Position numbers and translations under genes: made by a program. 64,000 nucleotides of DNA, from the NCBI GenBank assembly GCA_965231135.1, contig OZ246419.1:184754-248753 (forward strand), written 5' to 3'. The stretch comes from an uncultured Gammaproteobacteria bacterium (GTDB lineage: Bacteria > Patescibacteriota > Microgenomatia > UBA8517). This document shows, in pieces, positions 26,800 through 35,778 of this stretch (positions are counted from its first letter, which is position 1; every line of letters starts with the position of its first letter). The notes under the pieces were generated by a model. It made no database searches and was not told the origin of the DNA. It was given only the letters and a program-made list of their open reading frames with translations.

Positions 26800-28625
26800 T
26801 TTATTTTATATCTGAAAACTCTTAAGGCGTTAAAAATTGGAAGAAAGTCAGTTGCAAAATTATAAGCTGCAGCACCTTGCGGACCTATAAAATTTCCAAA
26901 AACTAACCCAAGCCCTAATGCGTTTGTTGCTCCCCATAAAAAGAAATTTTGGCGAGCAATGTTTTTAGTGTATTTGCTTAAATTGATTGCAGTCGTGAGT
27001 TTTAACAAATTATCTTGCATTAGAGCAATATCTGCTGACTCGATTGCGCTATCTGCTCCAATTGCTCCCATTGCTATTCCAATATCGGCAAGCTTAAGAC
27101 TTGCAGCGTCATTGACACCATCGCCAACCATGGCAACCTTACCTTTAGAGGATTTCAGGTAGGACTTGATGTAATTTAATTTGTCTTCAGGAAGAAGATT
27201 GGCATGAAATGTTTCTATGCCTACAACTTTCGCAACGCGAGCGGCGACTAAGTCATTATCTCCTGTAATCATGACAATATTTTTAACACCTTGATTTTTG
27301 AGAGCTGAGATAGTAATTCTTGCTTCAGGACGAATTTGATCTGCAAGAGTGAGGATTGATGCTAATTTTTTATTAACTGCCAGGTAAACGACCTGGAAAC
27401 CCTGGCTTTGATTTTCTTTTGCAATTTTCATCTCTTCATTTGTTATTTTTACTTTTTCATTCTTCATAAACTGAAGTTTGCCAGCAATAACCTCGCGCTT
27501 TCCAAAATTTGCTTTGATACCAAAACCTGCATACTCTTCAAATTTTTCTGGAGATTCTATTTTTAGACCATCGTTTTTTGCGTGAGCAATGATTGCTTTT
27601 GCTATTGGATGTTCTGAAACAGATTCAAGATCTGCGATAAGCTTGAGCGCTTCGTGACTTTTATATTTATTAAAGGTAATTATTTTTTCTGTTTTAACAT
27701 TGCCTTTGGTAAGAGTTCCTGTTTTATCAAATAAAACTGTTTCTAAATTAGATAAACCTTCAAGATATTCACTACCTTTGATAATTATTCCCTGTTTCCC
27801 AGCTTTTGCGATAGCCCCCCAAAAAGCCATGGGAATAGAAACTGCGATATCATCAGCACATGTTACAAGAAGAATGGATAAAATTAAATCAATATTTTTA
27901 GTGATCGTGAAAATAATAATTGAAAGAGATAAGGTTACTACTATATAAATAGTTGTGAATTTGTCGGCAACTCCCTGGATTCCCTGTTTTTCGTTTTGAG
28001 CATTTTTAATTAAGGAAACGATTTTCTCAAAAGTTGTATCTGCGCCGACTTTTTCTGTTTTAATCTCAAGCGATCCTGATAAATTTAAAGTGGAAGATAA
28101 AACTTTCTGGCCAACACTTTTAGTAACTGGCAATGATTCTCCGGTGAGGCTTGATTGATCAATACTGCCTTCACCTTCGATAATTTTTCCGTCGACTGGA
28201 ATTCTATCTCCTGCTTCAACAACTACAATATCTCCGACTTGAACTTTTTGTATGTCTACAGTTTTAATATCGCGGCCAACTTTTATTTTTACTTTTTCGG
28301 GGCGAAGCTTTAATAAACTTTTAACTGCATCATCTGCTTTGCTTCTCGTGTAATCTCCAAAAATTCTTGCACTGGTGATCATTAAATTAATAAAGGCAAC
28401 CGATGACCATTCCTGATGAATAAGAGAAACAAACAAAGCAATTGAAGCTAGTAAATCTACAGAAACTTTTTTGTCCTTCAGGGATTCTGCCGCACTAATT
28501 ATTACTGGAACTGTTGCAATAACGCCTACTATAGTTATTAGAGAATTTGACCAGGTGGATTTAAAAAGATAATAGAAGATTAGTGAAAGAATTAAAGAAA
28601 CAAGAATAGTAAAATTTATTTTCAT
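26796..28625 (-). CDS. cation-transporting P-type ATPase (P1B-like, no N-terminal metal-binding domain)
   Basis: DKTGTLT, MITGDN and VAMVGDGVNDAASL motifs. The TM6 region reads CADD rather than the CPC seen in most P1B ATPases. Confidence 0.8.
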   Translation of the reverse strand: MKINFTILVSLILSLIFYYLFKSTWSNSLITIVGVIATVPVIISAAESLKDKKVSVDLLASIALFVSLIHQEWSSVAFINLMITSARIFGDYTRSKADDAVKSLLKLRPEKVKIKVGRDIKTVDIQKVQVGDIVVVEAGDRIPVDGKIIEGEGSIDQSSLTGESLPVTKSVGQKVLSSTLNLSGSLEIKTEKVGADTTFEKIVSLIKNAQNEKQGIQGVADKFTTIYIVVTLSLSIIIFTITKNIDLILSILLVTCADDIAVSIPMAFWGAIAKAGKQGIIIKGSEYLEGLSNLETVLFDKTGTLTKGNVKTEKIITFNKYKSHEALKLIADLESVSEHPIAKAIIAHAKNDGLKIESPEKFEEYAGFGIKANFGKREVIAGKLQFMKNEKVKITNEEMKIAKENQSQGFQVVYLAVNKKLASILTLADQIRPEARITISALKNQGVKNIVMITGDNDLVAARVAKVVGIETFHANLLPEDKLNYIKSYLKSSKGKVAMVGDGVNDAASLKLADIGIAMGAIGADSAIESADIALMQDNLLKLTTAINLSKYTKNIARQNFFLWGATNALGLGLVFGNFIGPQGAAAYNFATDFLPIFNALRVFRYKIN

Positions 28626-28652
28626 AAATTAATTATAGACGAAATTGAAGTT

Positions 28653-29132
28653 CTAAAGTTTGACTATATTGAAACCATCGACACCGTTGCCTGTAATATC
28701 TCCTGGATTTTTATCACTTGCAAAGTAGTAGAGAGGCATTCCACGCCACGCAAATTGTTTGCTGCCATCATCATCACTTCTTGTTATGACTGTAATTCCG
28801 TCTGGAAAACTCCCTTGGGCTGTTGCTTTTGAAGAATATGCTGGCCAAGCTTGCAAGCAACCTCCTGTGCAATTGCTAACTCCGTTTGTATCTTTGGCAT
28901 AAGTATAAAGAGTCATGCCTGCGAAATCTGTCATGTAATTTCCATATGACGCATTAGTTTTGGTTAAGTAAATATTGCTTGAGTCTGTTTGCGTATTAGG
29001 ACTAGTTTCGATACTTGTTTGAGTTGGTGGTTTTTCTGAGGTTATATGACTAGTTAGAAAACTGCAACTAAAAGAACTACTACTCCGATGCTTATATGAT
29101 TTACAATATATTAAATGGATACAAGGAAACAA
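28653..29132 (-). CDS. secreted lipoprotein repeat protein (Lipoprotein_15 / COG4315-like); start uncertain
   Basis: MTLYTYAKDTNG..SNCTGGCLQAWP...KQFAWRGMPLYYFASDKNPGDITGNG matches the secreted-repeat family. The ORF as called has no signal peptide. Confidence 0.4.
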   Translation of the reverse strand: MFPCIHLIYCKSYKHRSSSSFSCSFLTSHITSEKPPTQTSIETSPNTQTDSSNIYLTKTNASYGNYMTDFAGMTLYTYAKDTNGVSNCTGGCLQAWPAYSSKATAQGSFPDGITVITRSDDDGSKQFAWRGMPLYYFASDKNPGDITGNGVDGFNIVKL

Positions 29133-29420
29133 GGATTACTTCAAGCTGCTGGCGTAACTTTATATTGTTTAGCTGTTGGACTTTTCTTTGGACAAGCAAA
29201 TAAATTTTTGCCAAAACAAGATTCGTTTTTGACTCCGATTGTAGTTTTAACTCTTTTTTGTGCATCTGCACTTATATGTGCTTTGATTGTATTTTATAAA
29301 CCTTATTTATTGTTTTTTGCCGGTAAGAAAACGCAAGCAATTGAAACTGTGATGTATACAGCAGCCTGTATATTTGCCTTTGCAGTTATTGGACTGATTG
29401 GATTAATTATTTTAGGATAG
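29115..29420 (+). CDS. hypothetical small membrane protein
   Basis: 101 aa with three predicted TM helices. Confidence 0.3.
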   Translation: MDTRKQGLLQAAGVTLYCLAVGLFFGQANKFLPKQDSFLTPIVVLTLFCASALICALIVFYKPYLLFFAGKKTQAIETVMYTAACIFAFAVIGLIGLIILG

Positions 29421-29422
29421 GT

Positions 29423-29455
29423 ATAAGCTGAGCTTGTAACACTGCGTGTTATAAT
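29423..29455 (+). promoter_or_regulatory. motif copy ATAAGCTGAGCTTGTA followed by an extended -10 (TGtTATAAT) that gives a leaderless alaS transcript
   Basis: TGTTATAAT at 29447-29455. The alaS ATG at 29462 sits where the transcription start is expected. Confidence 0.4.
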
Positions 29456-29461
29456 AGCTTC

Positions 29462-30796
29462 ATGACTGGAAACGAAGTTCGTAAAAAATATTTAGAGTTT
29501 TTTGAAAAACGAGGACATAAAATAATTAAACCTGCTCCGCTTGTTTTGAAAGACGACCCAACTACTTTGTTTACGTCAGCTGGAATGCAACCATTAGTTC
29601 CATATCTTTTGGGTAAAGCTCATGATGAAGGTAAACGATTAACAGATTCTCAACCTTGTTTTAGATCTCAAGATATTGAAGAGGTTGGTGACAATCGACA
29701 CGATACGTTGTTTGAAATGCTTGGGAATTGGAGTTTAGGAGATTATTTCAAAAAGGAGCAAATCCCCTGGATTTGGGAATTTATTATAAAAGAACTTGGA
29801 CTTAATCCTGAAAATATTCATGTAACACTTTATGAAGGAAATGAAAGCGTACCTAAAGACGAGGAAACATATAAATTGTGGAGAGAATTGGGAATTTCTG
29901 ATGAAAGAATTCATTATTATAAAAATAAAAATTGGTGGAGTATTTCAGGGCCACCTGAAAATATGAGAGATGGAGAAGTAGGAGGACCTGATAGTGAAAT
30001 CTTTTTTGAGTTTGAAAACGTAAAGCACGATCCGAAATATGGTAAAGAATGTCATCCTAATTGTGACTGTGGTAGATTTTTGGAAATTGGGAATTCTGTT
30101 TTTATCCAGTACAAAAAGGTTGACGGGAAACTTGTAGAGCTTCCAAATAAAAATGTGGATTTTGGAGGAGGACTTGAGAGATTAACTGCTGCAACAAGTA
30201 ATGACCCTGATATTTTTAAGTCAGATTTATTTTGGCCTGTCATTGAAAAAATAGAAGAGCTTTCTGGTAAGAAATATGAAGATTATCAATCTTCAATGAG
30301 AATTATTACAGATCACATTAAGGCTTCAACATTTTTGATTGCAAACGGGGTCACCCCAAGTAATAAATTGCAAGGATATGTTTTAAGAAGATTGCTGCGA
30401 CGTGCGGCTCTTCAAATGAGAAATTTAAATATTGATTTGTCTCAAAAAGATTTTAATGAAATGTTTGTTATTGTAGAAAAAGTTTTTGATATTTATTCTT
30501 TATATTTGGATAAAAAAGATTTGGTAAAAGTGCAAGCTGAAATAACTTCTGAACTTGAAAAGTTTGGAAGAGCTTTGGAAAACGGAGTCAAAAGGATAAA
30601 TAAAACTGATATTAAAGATATAGATGAAAAATTTGCATTTGATTTGATGCAAAGTGAGGGATTTCCATTTGAAATCACACAAGAGTTGGTTGGAAAAAAA
30701 GGAGTTAATTTGGATAAAAATAAATTTGAAGAAATGCTTCGCGAACATCAGGAGCTTTCAAGGAAATCTTCAGAGGATAAATTTAAAATTAAATAA
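29462..30796 (+). CDS. alaS: alanyl-tRNA synthetase, catalytic plus tRNA-recognition domains only (no editing or C-Ala domains)
   Basis: FTSAGMQPL, FEMLGNWSLGDYFK and GGGLERL align to AlaRS residues 1 to about 460. The ORF stops at 444 aa, and the next gene is unrelated. Confidence 0.8.
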   Translation: MTGNEVRKKYLEFFEKRGHKIIKPAPLVLKDDPTTLFTSAGMQPLVPYLLGKAHDEGKRLTDSQPCFRSQDIEEVGDNRHDTLFEMLGNWSLGDYFKKEQIPWIWEFIIKELGLNPENIHVTLYEGNESVPKDEETYKLWRELGISDERIHYYKNKNWWSISGPPENMRDGEVGGPDSEIFFEFENVKHDPKYGKECHPNCDCGRFLEIGNSVFIQYKKVDGKLVELPNKNVDFGGGLERLTAATSNDPDIFKSDLFWPVIEKIEELSGKKYEDYQSSMRIITDHIKASTFLIANGVTPSNKLQGYVLRRLLRRAALQMRNLNIDLSQKDFNEMFVIVEKVFDIYSLYLDKKDLVKVQAEITSELEKFGRALENGVKRINKTDIKDIDEKFAFDLMQSEGFPFEITQELVGKKGVNLDKNKFEEMLREHQELSRKSSEDKFKIK

Positions 30797-30816
30797 GTTC
30801 TGCTACAATGAATTAA

Positions 30817-32916
30817 ATGCAAGAGTACTTCTGGTCTTTATGTGTGGAGATAAACTCTCTTCAGGCTGCTATCTGGACTGTAAAAGACGGCAGTGCTCAG
30901 ATTGTTTGTACCTCAAATCCAGTAGTATATGAAGATGATGAGACTTTGGTGAAAGCTGCCGATGAAGTTTTATCAAACTGCGTACAACTTCTTCCTGAGG
31001 AAATTGCAGAACCGACAAAATGTGTCTTTGGAGTTTCAGCATCTTGGGTTGTTGATGGACAAATTGAAAAAGCACATCTTGAGAAAATAAAATTAATTTG
31101 CAATAAACTTTCTTTAACTCCAACAGGATTTGTAGTTTTATCTGAGGCAATTTCTTATTTTGAAAAATCAACGGAAAAAACTCCGCTTTCGGCAATTTTG
31201 GTGGGAGTTTATGCGCAGAGTATTGACGTCACGATATTTCGCCTTGGAAATTTAACAGGCTCTGTCAATGTTGCAAGAAGCACGAGTATTACTGACGATG
31301 TTACTGAAGGACTTGCAAGATTTGAGAATGGAGATGCGTTGCCTTCTAGATTTTTGGTTTATGGAAGTAATGACGGGGATTTGGAAGAATTTAAACAGGA
31401 GCTAATTAAAGCTGACTGGGAGCGTGCGAATGAAAATATTAAATTTTTACACACCCCACAAGTGGAAATTTTTAATACCACTGCAAAAATGGCGGCAATA
31501 AGCCTTGCTGGAGCTGCCGAGACAGGAACTGCAACTGAAATTGTTTTTGAGCAAGCCCTGGAAACTGCGAAAGAAAATAAGCCTGAGATGCTTAGCGAAG
31601 ACATCAATAATGTGACAGAGCCTGAAAGTAAAAAGAGTTTGTTCGAATCCGAATTCGACAGTGTTGATCCTGCATCGCTTGGATTTGGAAATGGCTTTAA
31701 TACAACTCCACAAGAAGTAAAAGAAAACATTCAAAATACAATTCAGAATTTTGAACCGCAAGTAATTAAAAATAAAATGCAGGACTTTAAATTGCCGAAA
31801 TTTAAAAACACTAGAATTTTAAAAGAAAACTTTTTGTTTGTAGGAGTAATAGCTTTGTTTTTTATTTTGGTAATTGGATTTTGCTATGTATGGTTTGTTC
31901 CAAAAGCAACAGTAACAATTTTCATATCTCCACAGAAAATAAATGAAACAAAACAGGTGAAGTTTGATACTAATGCAAGTGGAGTTAATGCAAGTACACT
32001 TACAATTCCTGCGAAAATTGCAATAGCTTCTGTCAGTTCTTCAAAAACAAAAAGCACAACTGGAACGACAGTTGTTGGAACTCCATCTAAAGGAAGCGTG
32101 ACTTTTTATAATGTGGGAGGTTCGACAACAATTTCTGCTGGGACAACTCTTTCTGCATCAAGCCTTAATTTTAGTTTGGATAATGATGTACAAATAGCGA
32201 GCGCTTCGGGAGCGGCAGCGGCTTCTTCTGCAAACGGAAATATAACAGCCCAACAAGTTGGTGCTGATTCAAATTTGGCAAGCGGAACTTATTTTACTGT
32301 AGGAAATTTTTCATCAAGCCTTATTCAGGCAAAAAATGGAAATGATTTGGCAGGAGGAAGCAGCCAGGAAGTTGCCGCTGTTTCAAGCGATGATGCAACT
32401 AGCCTTCAAAACGATTTGAAACAAGATCTGACAACAAACGGAACGAATAATTTGAAATCGCAACTGAATGGAGGAAATTTACTGATACCTGACTCTGTAG
32501 CTTTGACAATTAGTTCTTCGACTTTTGATAACAAAGTGGGAGCACAGGCAAGTACTGTAAAATTAAATGAAAGTGCAAAAGTTACTGGAACAACTTTTAC
32601 AAAAAGCGATATGAATAATTTGGCAAAACAAATTTTTGCAAGCGAAATTCCTAGCGGCTATACATTAACTGATGACGCAATTGATTATCAGCCAGGTAAA
32701 ACATCGACACAATTTATAATTAACTTGCTGCCTGTGACTGATGCAAACAAAATTAAACAGGAAATTTTAGGAAAGAATATAAATGATTTGAAAAATGTTT
32801 TGGGAAATATACAAGGGCTTGAGGATGTACAAGTAACGGGGACTCCAAAATTATTGCAGCTGCCCTTCTTGCCCCATGTAGTTGATCATATTACAATTCA
32901 GTTTGTGGCGAAATGA
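30817..32916 (+). CDS. large bitopic membrane protein: cytoplasmic N domain of about 330 aa, one TM helix, and an extracellular Ser/Thr/Gly-rich domain
   Basis: TM helix at FLFVGVIALFFILVIGFCYVWFV. The N domain is faintly FtsA/PilM-like. It is coupled to the sortase gene by a 4-nt overlap. Confidence 0.4.
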   Translation: MQEYFWSLCVEINSLQAAIWTVKDGSAQIVCTSNPVVYEDDETLVKAADEVLSNCVQLLPEEIAEPTKCVFGVSASWVVDGQIEKAHLEKIKLICNKLSLTPTGFVVLSEAISYFEKSTEKTPLSAILVGVYAQSIDVTIFRLGNLTGSVNVARSTSITDDVTEGLARFENGDALPSRFLVYGSNDGDLEEFKQELIKADWERANENIKFLHTPQVEIFNTTAKMAAISLAGAAETGTATEIVFEQALETAKENKPEMLSEDINNVTEPESKKSLFESEFDSVDPASLGFGNGFNTTPQEVKENIQNTIQNFEPQVIKNKMQDFKLPKFKNTRILKENFLFVGVIALFFILVIGFCYVWFVPKATVTIFISPQKINETKQVKFDTNASGVNASTLTIPAKIAIASVSSSKTKSTTGTTVVGTPSKGSVTFYNVGGSTTISAGTTLSASSLNFSLDNDVQIASASGAAAASSANGNITAQQVGADSNLASGTYFTVGNFSSSLIQAKNGNDLAGGSSQEVAAVSSDDATSLQNDLKQDLTTNGTNNLKSQLNGGNLLIPDSVALTISSSTFDNKVGAQASTVKLNESAKVTGTTFTKSDMNNLAKQIFASEIPSGYTLTDDAIDYQPGKTSTQFIINLLPVTDANKIKQEILGKNINDLKNVLGNIQGLEDVQVTGTPKLLQLPFLPHVVDHITIQFVAK

Positions 32917-33575
32917 TTAAGAAAAAAAGAATTAAAATAATTGGAGCTGTTTGCGGATTTTTGGGATTCATTGTGATTGCATGGATTTTCTACCCAATTG
33001 TTGCTTATCAAATTAATGCACCAAAATTAATGACTTTTTTGTCCCCGATTGCACAAGCTGACGGTGTAATAAACACAGATGCAAATATTAATGATACTGA
33101 TGCTGCCACCTGGTTTCCGACTAAAGCTTCTAATTTATTTACAAATGATCCTGTTTCTTTTTATACAATTACAATACAAAGACTTGGAATAGTTAATGCA
33201 AAAGTTGCGATTGGAGGAGAGGATTTGTCACAATCTTTGATTCAATACCCAGGGACTGCGCTTCCCGGGCAAATAGGTAATACAACAATTTTTGGGCATA
33301 GCGTCTTGCCTGCTTTTTATAACCCTAAAAATTATTTAACAATTTTTTCTACAATTCCAACTCTTAATGAAGGAGATATTATAACGGTCAATTATGATGG
33401 AATAACCTATAAATATAGCGTTGAGCAAAAATATATAGTGGATCCGTCTGACGTGCAAGTGCTTTCTCAGGATGAAAGTGATTCGTTTTTGACTTTAGTT
33501 ACTTGTGTACCTCCCGGGCTTACAACTTATAGGGGAGTAATTAAGGCAAGGATTATGCCAGTAGGAGAGAATTAG
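32913..33575 (+). CDS. sortase family transpeptidase
   Basis: N-terminal TM anchor. The catalytic residues are His in TTIFGHSV, Cys in the TLxTC motif TLVTCVP, and Arg in TYRGVIKARI. Confidence 0.7.
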   Translation: MIKKKRIKIIGAVCGFLGFIVIAWIFYPIVAYQINAPKLMTFLSPIAQADGVINTDANINDTDAATWFPTKASNLFTNDPVSFYTITIQRLGIVNAKVAIGGEDLSQSLIQYPGTALPGQIGNTTIFGHSVLPAFYNPKNYLTIFSTIPTLNEGDIITVNYDGITYKYSVEQKYIVDPSDVQVLSQDESDSFLTLVTCVPPGLTTYRGVIKARIMPVGEN

Positions 33576-33576
33576 T

Positions 33577-33960
33577 ATGATAATAGCTTTTGATTTTGGA
33601 TTAAAAAAAGTTGGAGTTGCAATTGCCTCTTTGAAATTGGCAGAACCGCTTGTGGTGATTAGATATGAAACTCAGGAAGAGCTATTTAAAAAATTAAAAG
33701 AACTAATAGAGAAGGAAAAACCAGAAACGGTTGTTGTTGGTTTATCTGAAGGAATAATGGAAGAGAAATCAAAAGAGTTTGGAGATAAAATTTTTGAAGT
33801 GTTTAATATTCCGGTGAGATTTTCAGATGAAACACTTTCAACTCAAGATGCACAGAATTTATCGCTTGCAGCGGGATTAAAGAGGAAAAAAAGAAAAGAA
33901 ATGGAAGATGCTTATGCAGCAGCAGTGATGCTACAGAATTTTATTGATTTGAACTTATGA
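33577..33960 (+). CDS. ruvX: YqgF/RuvX-like nuclease (putative pre-16S rRNA nuclease)
   Basis: MIIAFDFGLKKVGVAIAS is the RNase H-like YqgF N terminus. The protein is 127 aa. Confidence 0.7.
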   Translation: MIIAFDFGLKKVGVAIASLKLAEPLVVIRYETQEELFKKLKELIEKEKPETVVVGLSEGIMEEKSKEFGDKIFEVFNIPVRFSDETLSTQDAQNLSLAAGLKRKKRKEMEDAYAAAVMLQNFIDLNL

Positions 33961-34481
33961 AGATTAGCTTTACACCTAAATCTCAAGATCGTAGAATTGT
34001 TGAGGCATTTGAAAGCTATAAAGACATTTGGAATAAAGATGGTTATAGAATTATTTCTTCAATAGAAAAAGTTACTGGGCTTAAATTTTCAAAAGATCAT
34101 TTAGAAGCTACTATCATTGATGGGCCAACTAGTCATTCTCATCCTTTACAACTTTCTTGTTTTGGTATTGATAAGGGAAGAAAAAGAACATTAATGCATG
34201 AATTAGGACATATTATTTTGGATGATAATGAAATTGATGTGCTAGCGGATAATGATGAAGACTTGAGTTTTGTAAATCACAAACTTCTTGATTTGGTTTT
34301 ATTTGATATTTTTTGTGAGTTTTATAACGGTGATGAGGAGATTGCAAGGCAACATGTTGAAAGAGATAAAGAAATTAATCCTCAATATTATTCGGATGCT
34401 TGGGATTGGGCATTATCTATGAATAGAGAAGAGAGACAAAAGTTATTTGCAAAAGCTCGGGAGTCTAAGAGATTCCCATAG
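33957..34481 (+). CDS. hypothetical protein with an HExxH motif
   Basis: TLMHELGHIILDD; otherwise acidic and unassigned. Confidence 0.35.
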   Translation: MKISFTPKSQDRRIVEAFESYKDIWNKDGYRIISSIEKVTGLKFSKDHLEATIIDGPTSHSHPLQLSCFGIDKGRKRTLMHELGHIILDDNEIDVLADNDEDLSFVNHKLLDLVLFDIFCEFYNGDEEIARQHVERDKEINPQYYSDAWDWALSMNREERQKLFAKARESKRFP

Positions 34482-34492
34482 AAGTTTAATGG

Positions 34493-34732
34493 TTGCATAA
34501 GGATTTCAATTTGTTAAACTACATTAATATGTTTAAGAATGTAATTGCTCCAATACAAGCATGGCTCCTTTCTCAAGGGAAATGTGTGGGATGCGGAACT
34601 CCGCTTTCTGAAGGCTCAAAGAAAAAATTTAAAGGGGATAATGAGCAGGTAACTTGCAAGAAATGTGGACGTATTTATGTTCATGAAACAAAAACAAACA
34701 AATATCGCCGAGCACTTCTTTCTGAAGTTTAA
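34493..34732 (+). CDS. small zinc-ribbon protein
   Basis: Cys ligands at CVGCG...CKKCG, 79 aa. Confidence 0.35.
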   Translation: MHKDFNLLNYINMFKNVIAPIQAWLLSQGKCVGCGTPLSEGSKKKFKGDNEQVTCKKCGRIYVHETKTNKYRRALLSEV

Positions 34733-34750
34733 ATAGTTTATACTCTTATC

Positions 34751-35704
34751 GTGAAGAAGTTAATTCTACTTTTTTTGGCCTTTATAATTGTAATTGTTAT
34801 TGCCGGTTTCTGGTTTGTTAATGGTCTTACTCCAAAAGATAATAATTCGCAAACAAAAAGATTTGTGATTGATCAGGGAGAAACAGCAAGTGCAATAGGA
34901 ATTGATTTAGCCAAAAATAACTTAATAAAAAGCGCGACGGCATTTAGAATTTATTCGCAAGTTACCCAAACTGCCAGAAAAATTAAACCTGGATCTTATG
35001 ATTTGAGCAGTAATCAGTGGGTGCCACAAATAATTGCCAAGCTTTTAAATGGGCCGACAGAAATTTGGGTAACAATTCCTGAAGGACTTCGTAAAGAAGA
35101 GATTGCTGAGAAGTTTACTGACTTTGATAAATTTAATAAACAGGAATTTTTAAATTTGACTAAAAATGATGAGGGATATTTATTCCCTGATACATATTTA
35201 CTTCCAAGAGATGCTACAGCAAGCACAATTGTGAAGATAATGACGGATAATTTTAATAAACAATACACAGAGGCAGCAAAAAATAAAACCAATCCCCTTT
35301 CTAAAAATGATATCGTGATTTTGGCCAGTATTGTTCAGAGAGAAGCGATAACTGCCGAGGATATGCGAGGAGTTGCATCAGTTCTAATGAACCGTTACAA
35401 CTCTGGAATGTCGCTTGGATCTGATGTGACCTTGGAATATGCACTTGGACAACAACCGGACGGAGGCTGGTGGAAAAAAGATCTAACAGTTGACGATTTG
35501 GCTTTAGATTCGCCTTACAATACAAGAACGAATGCCGGATTTCCGCCGACACCAATAAGTAATCCAGGATTGGTTGCTTTGGAAGCAGCAGCAAACCCAC
35601 CGAACACTTCGTATTTATATTATTTGTCAGATTCTGATGGAAAACTTCATTTTGCTCAAACCTTGGAAGAGCATAATGCCAATATACAGAAGTATTTACA
35701 ATAG
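34751..35704 (+). CDS. mltG: endolytic murein transglycosylase MltG (YceG-like)
   Basis: N-terminal TM helix, then KIKPGSY, LASIVQREA and NTRTNAGFPPTPISNPG motifs. Confidence 0.8.
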   Translation: MKKLILLFLAFIIVIVIAGFWFVNGLTPKDNNSQTKRFVIDQGETASAIGIDLAKNNLIKSATAFRIYSQVTQTARKIKPGSYDLSSNQWVPQIIAKLLNGPTEIWVTIPEGLRKEEIAEKFTDFDKFNKQEFLNLTKNDEGYLFPDTYLLPRDATASTIVKIMTDNFNKQYTEAAKNKTNPLSKNDIVILASIVQREAITAEDMRGVASVLMNRYNSGMSLGSDVTLEYALGQQPDGGWWKKDLTVDDLALDSPYNTRTNAGFPPTPISNPGLVALEAAANPPNTSYLYYLSDSDGKLHFAQTLEEHNANIQKYLQ

Positions 35705-35708
35705 GGTG

Positions 35709-35736
35709 TTGACAGACTTCAAAATACATGTATAAT
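35709..35736 (+). promoter_or_regulatory. sigma70-like promoter TTGACA-16-TATAAT upstream of rpoBC
   Basis: Near-perfect hexamers. A leader hairpin gtctac-ttggagt-gtagac follows at 35745-35763. Confidence 0.5.
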
Positions 35737-35778
35737 CGACCTTAGGTCTACTTGGAGTGTAGACATAATTCTCGTCTG

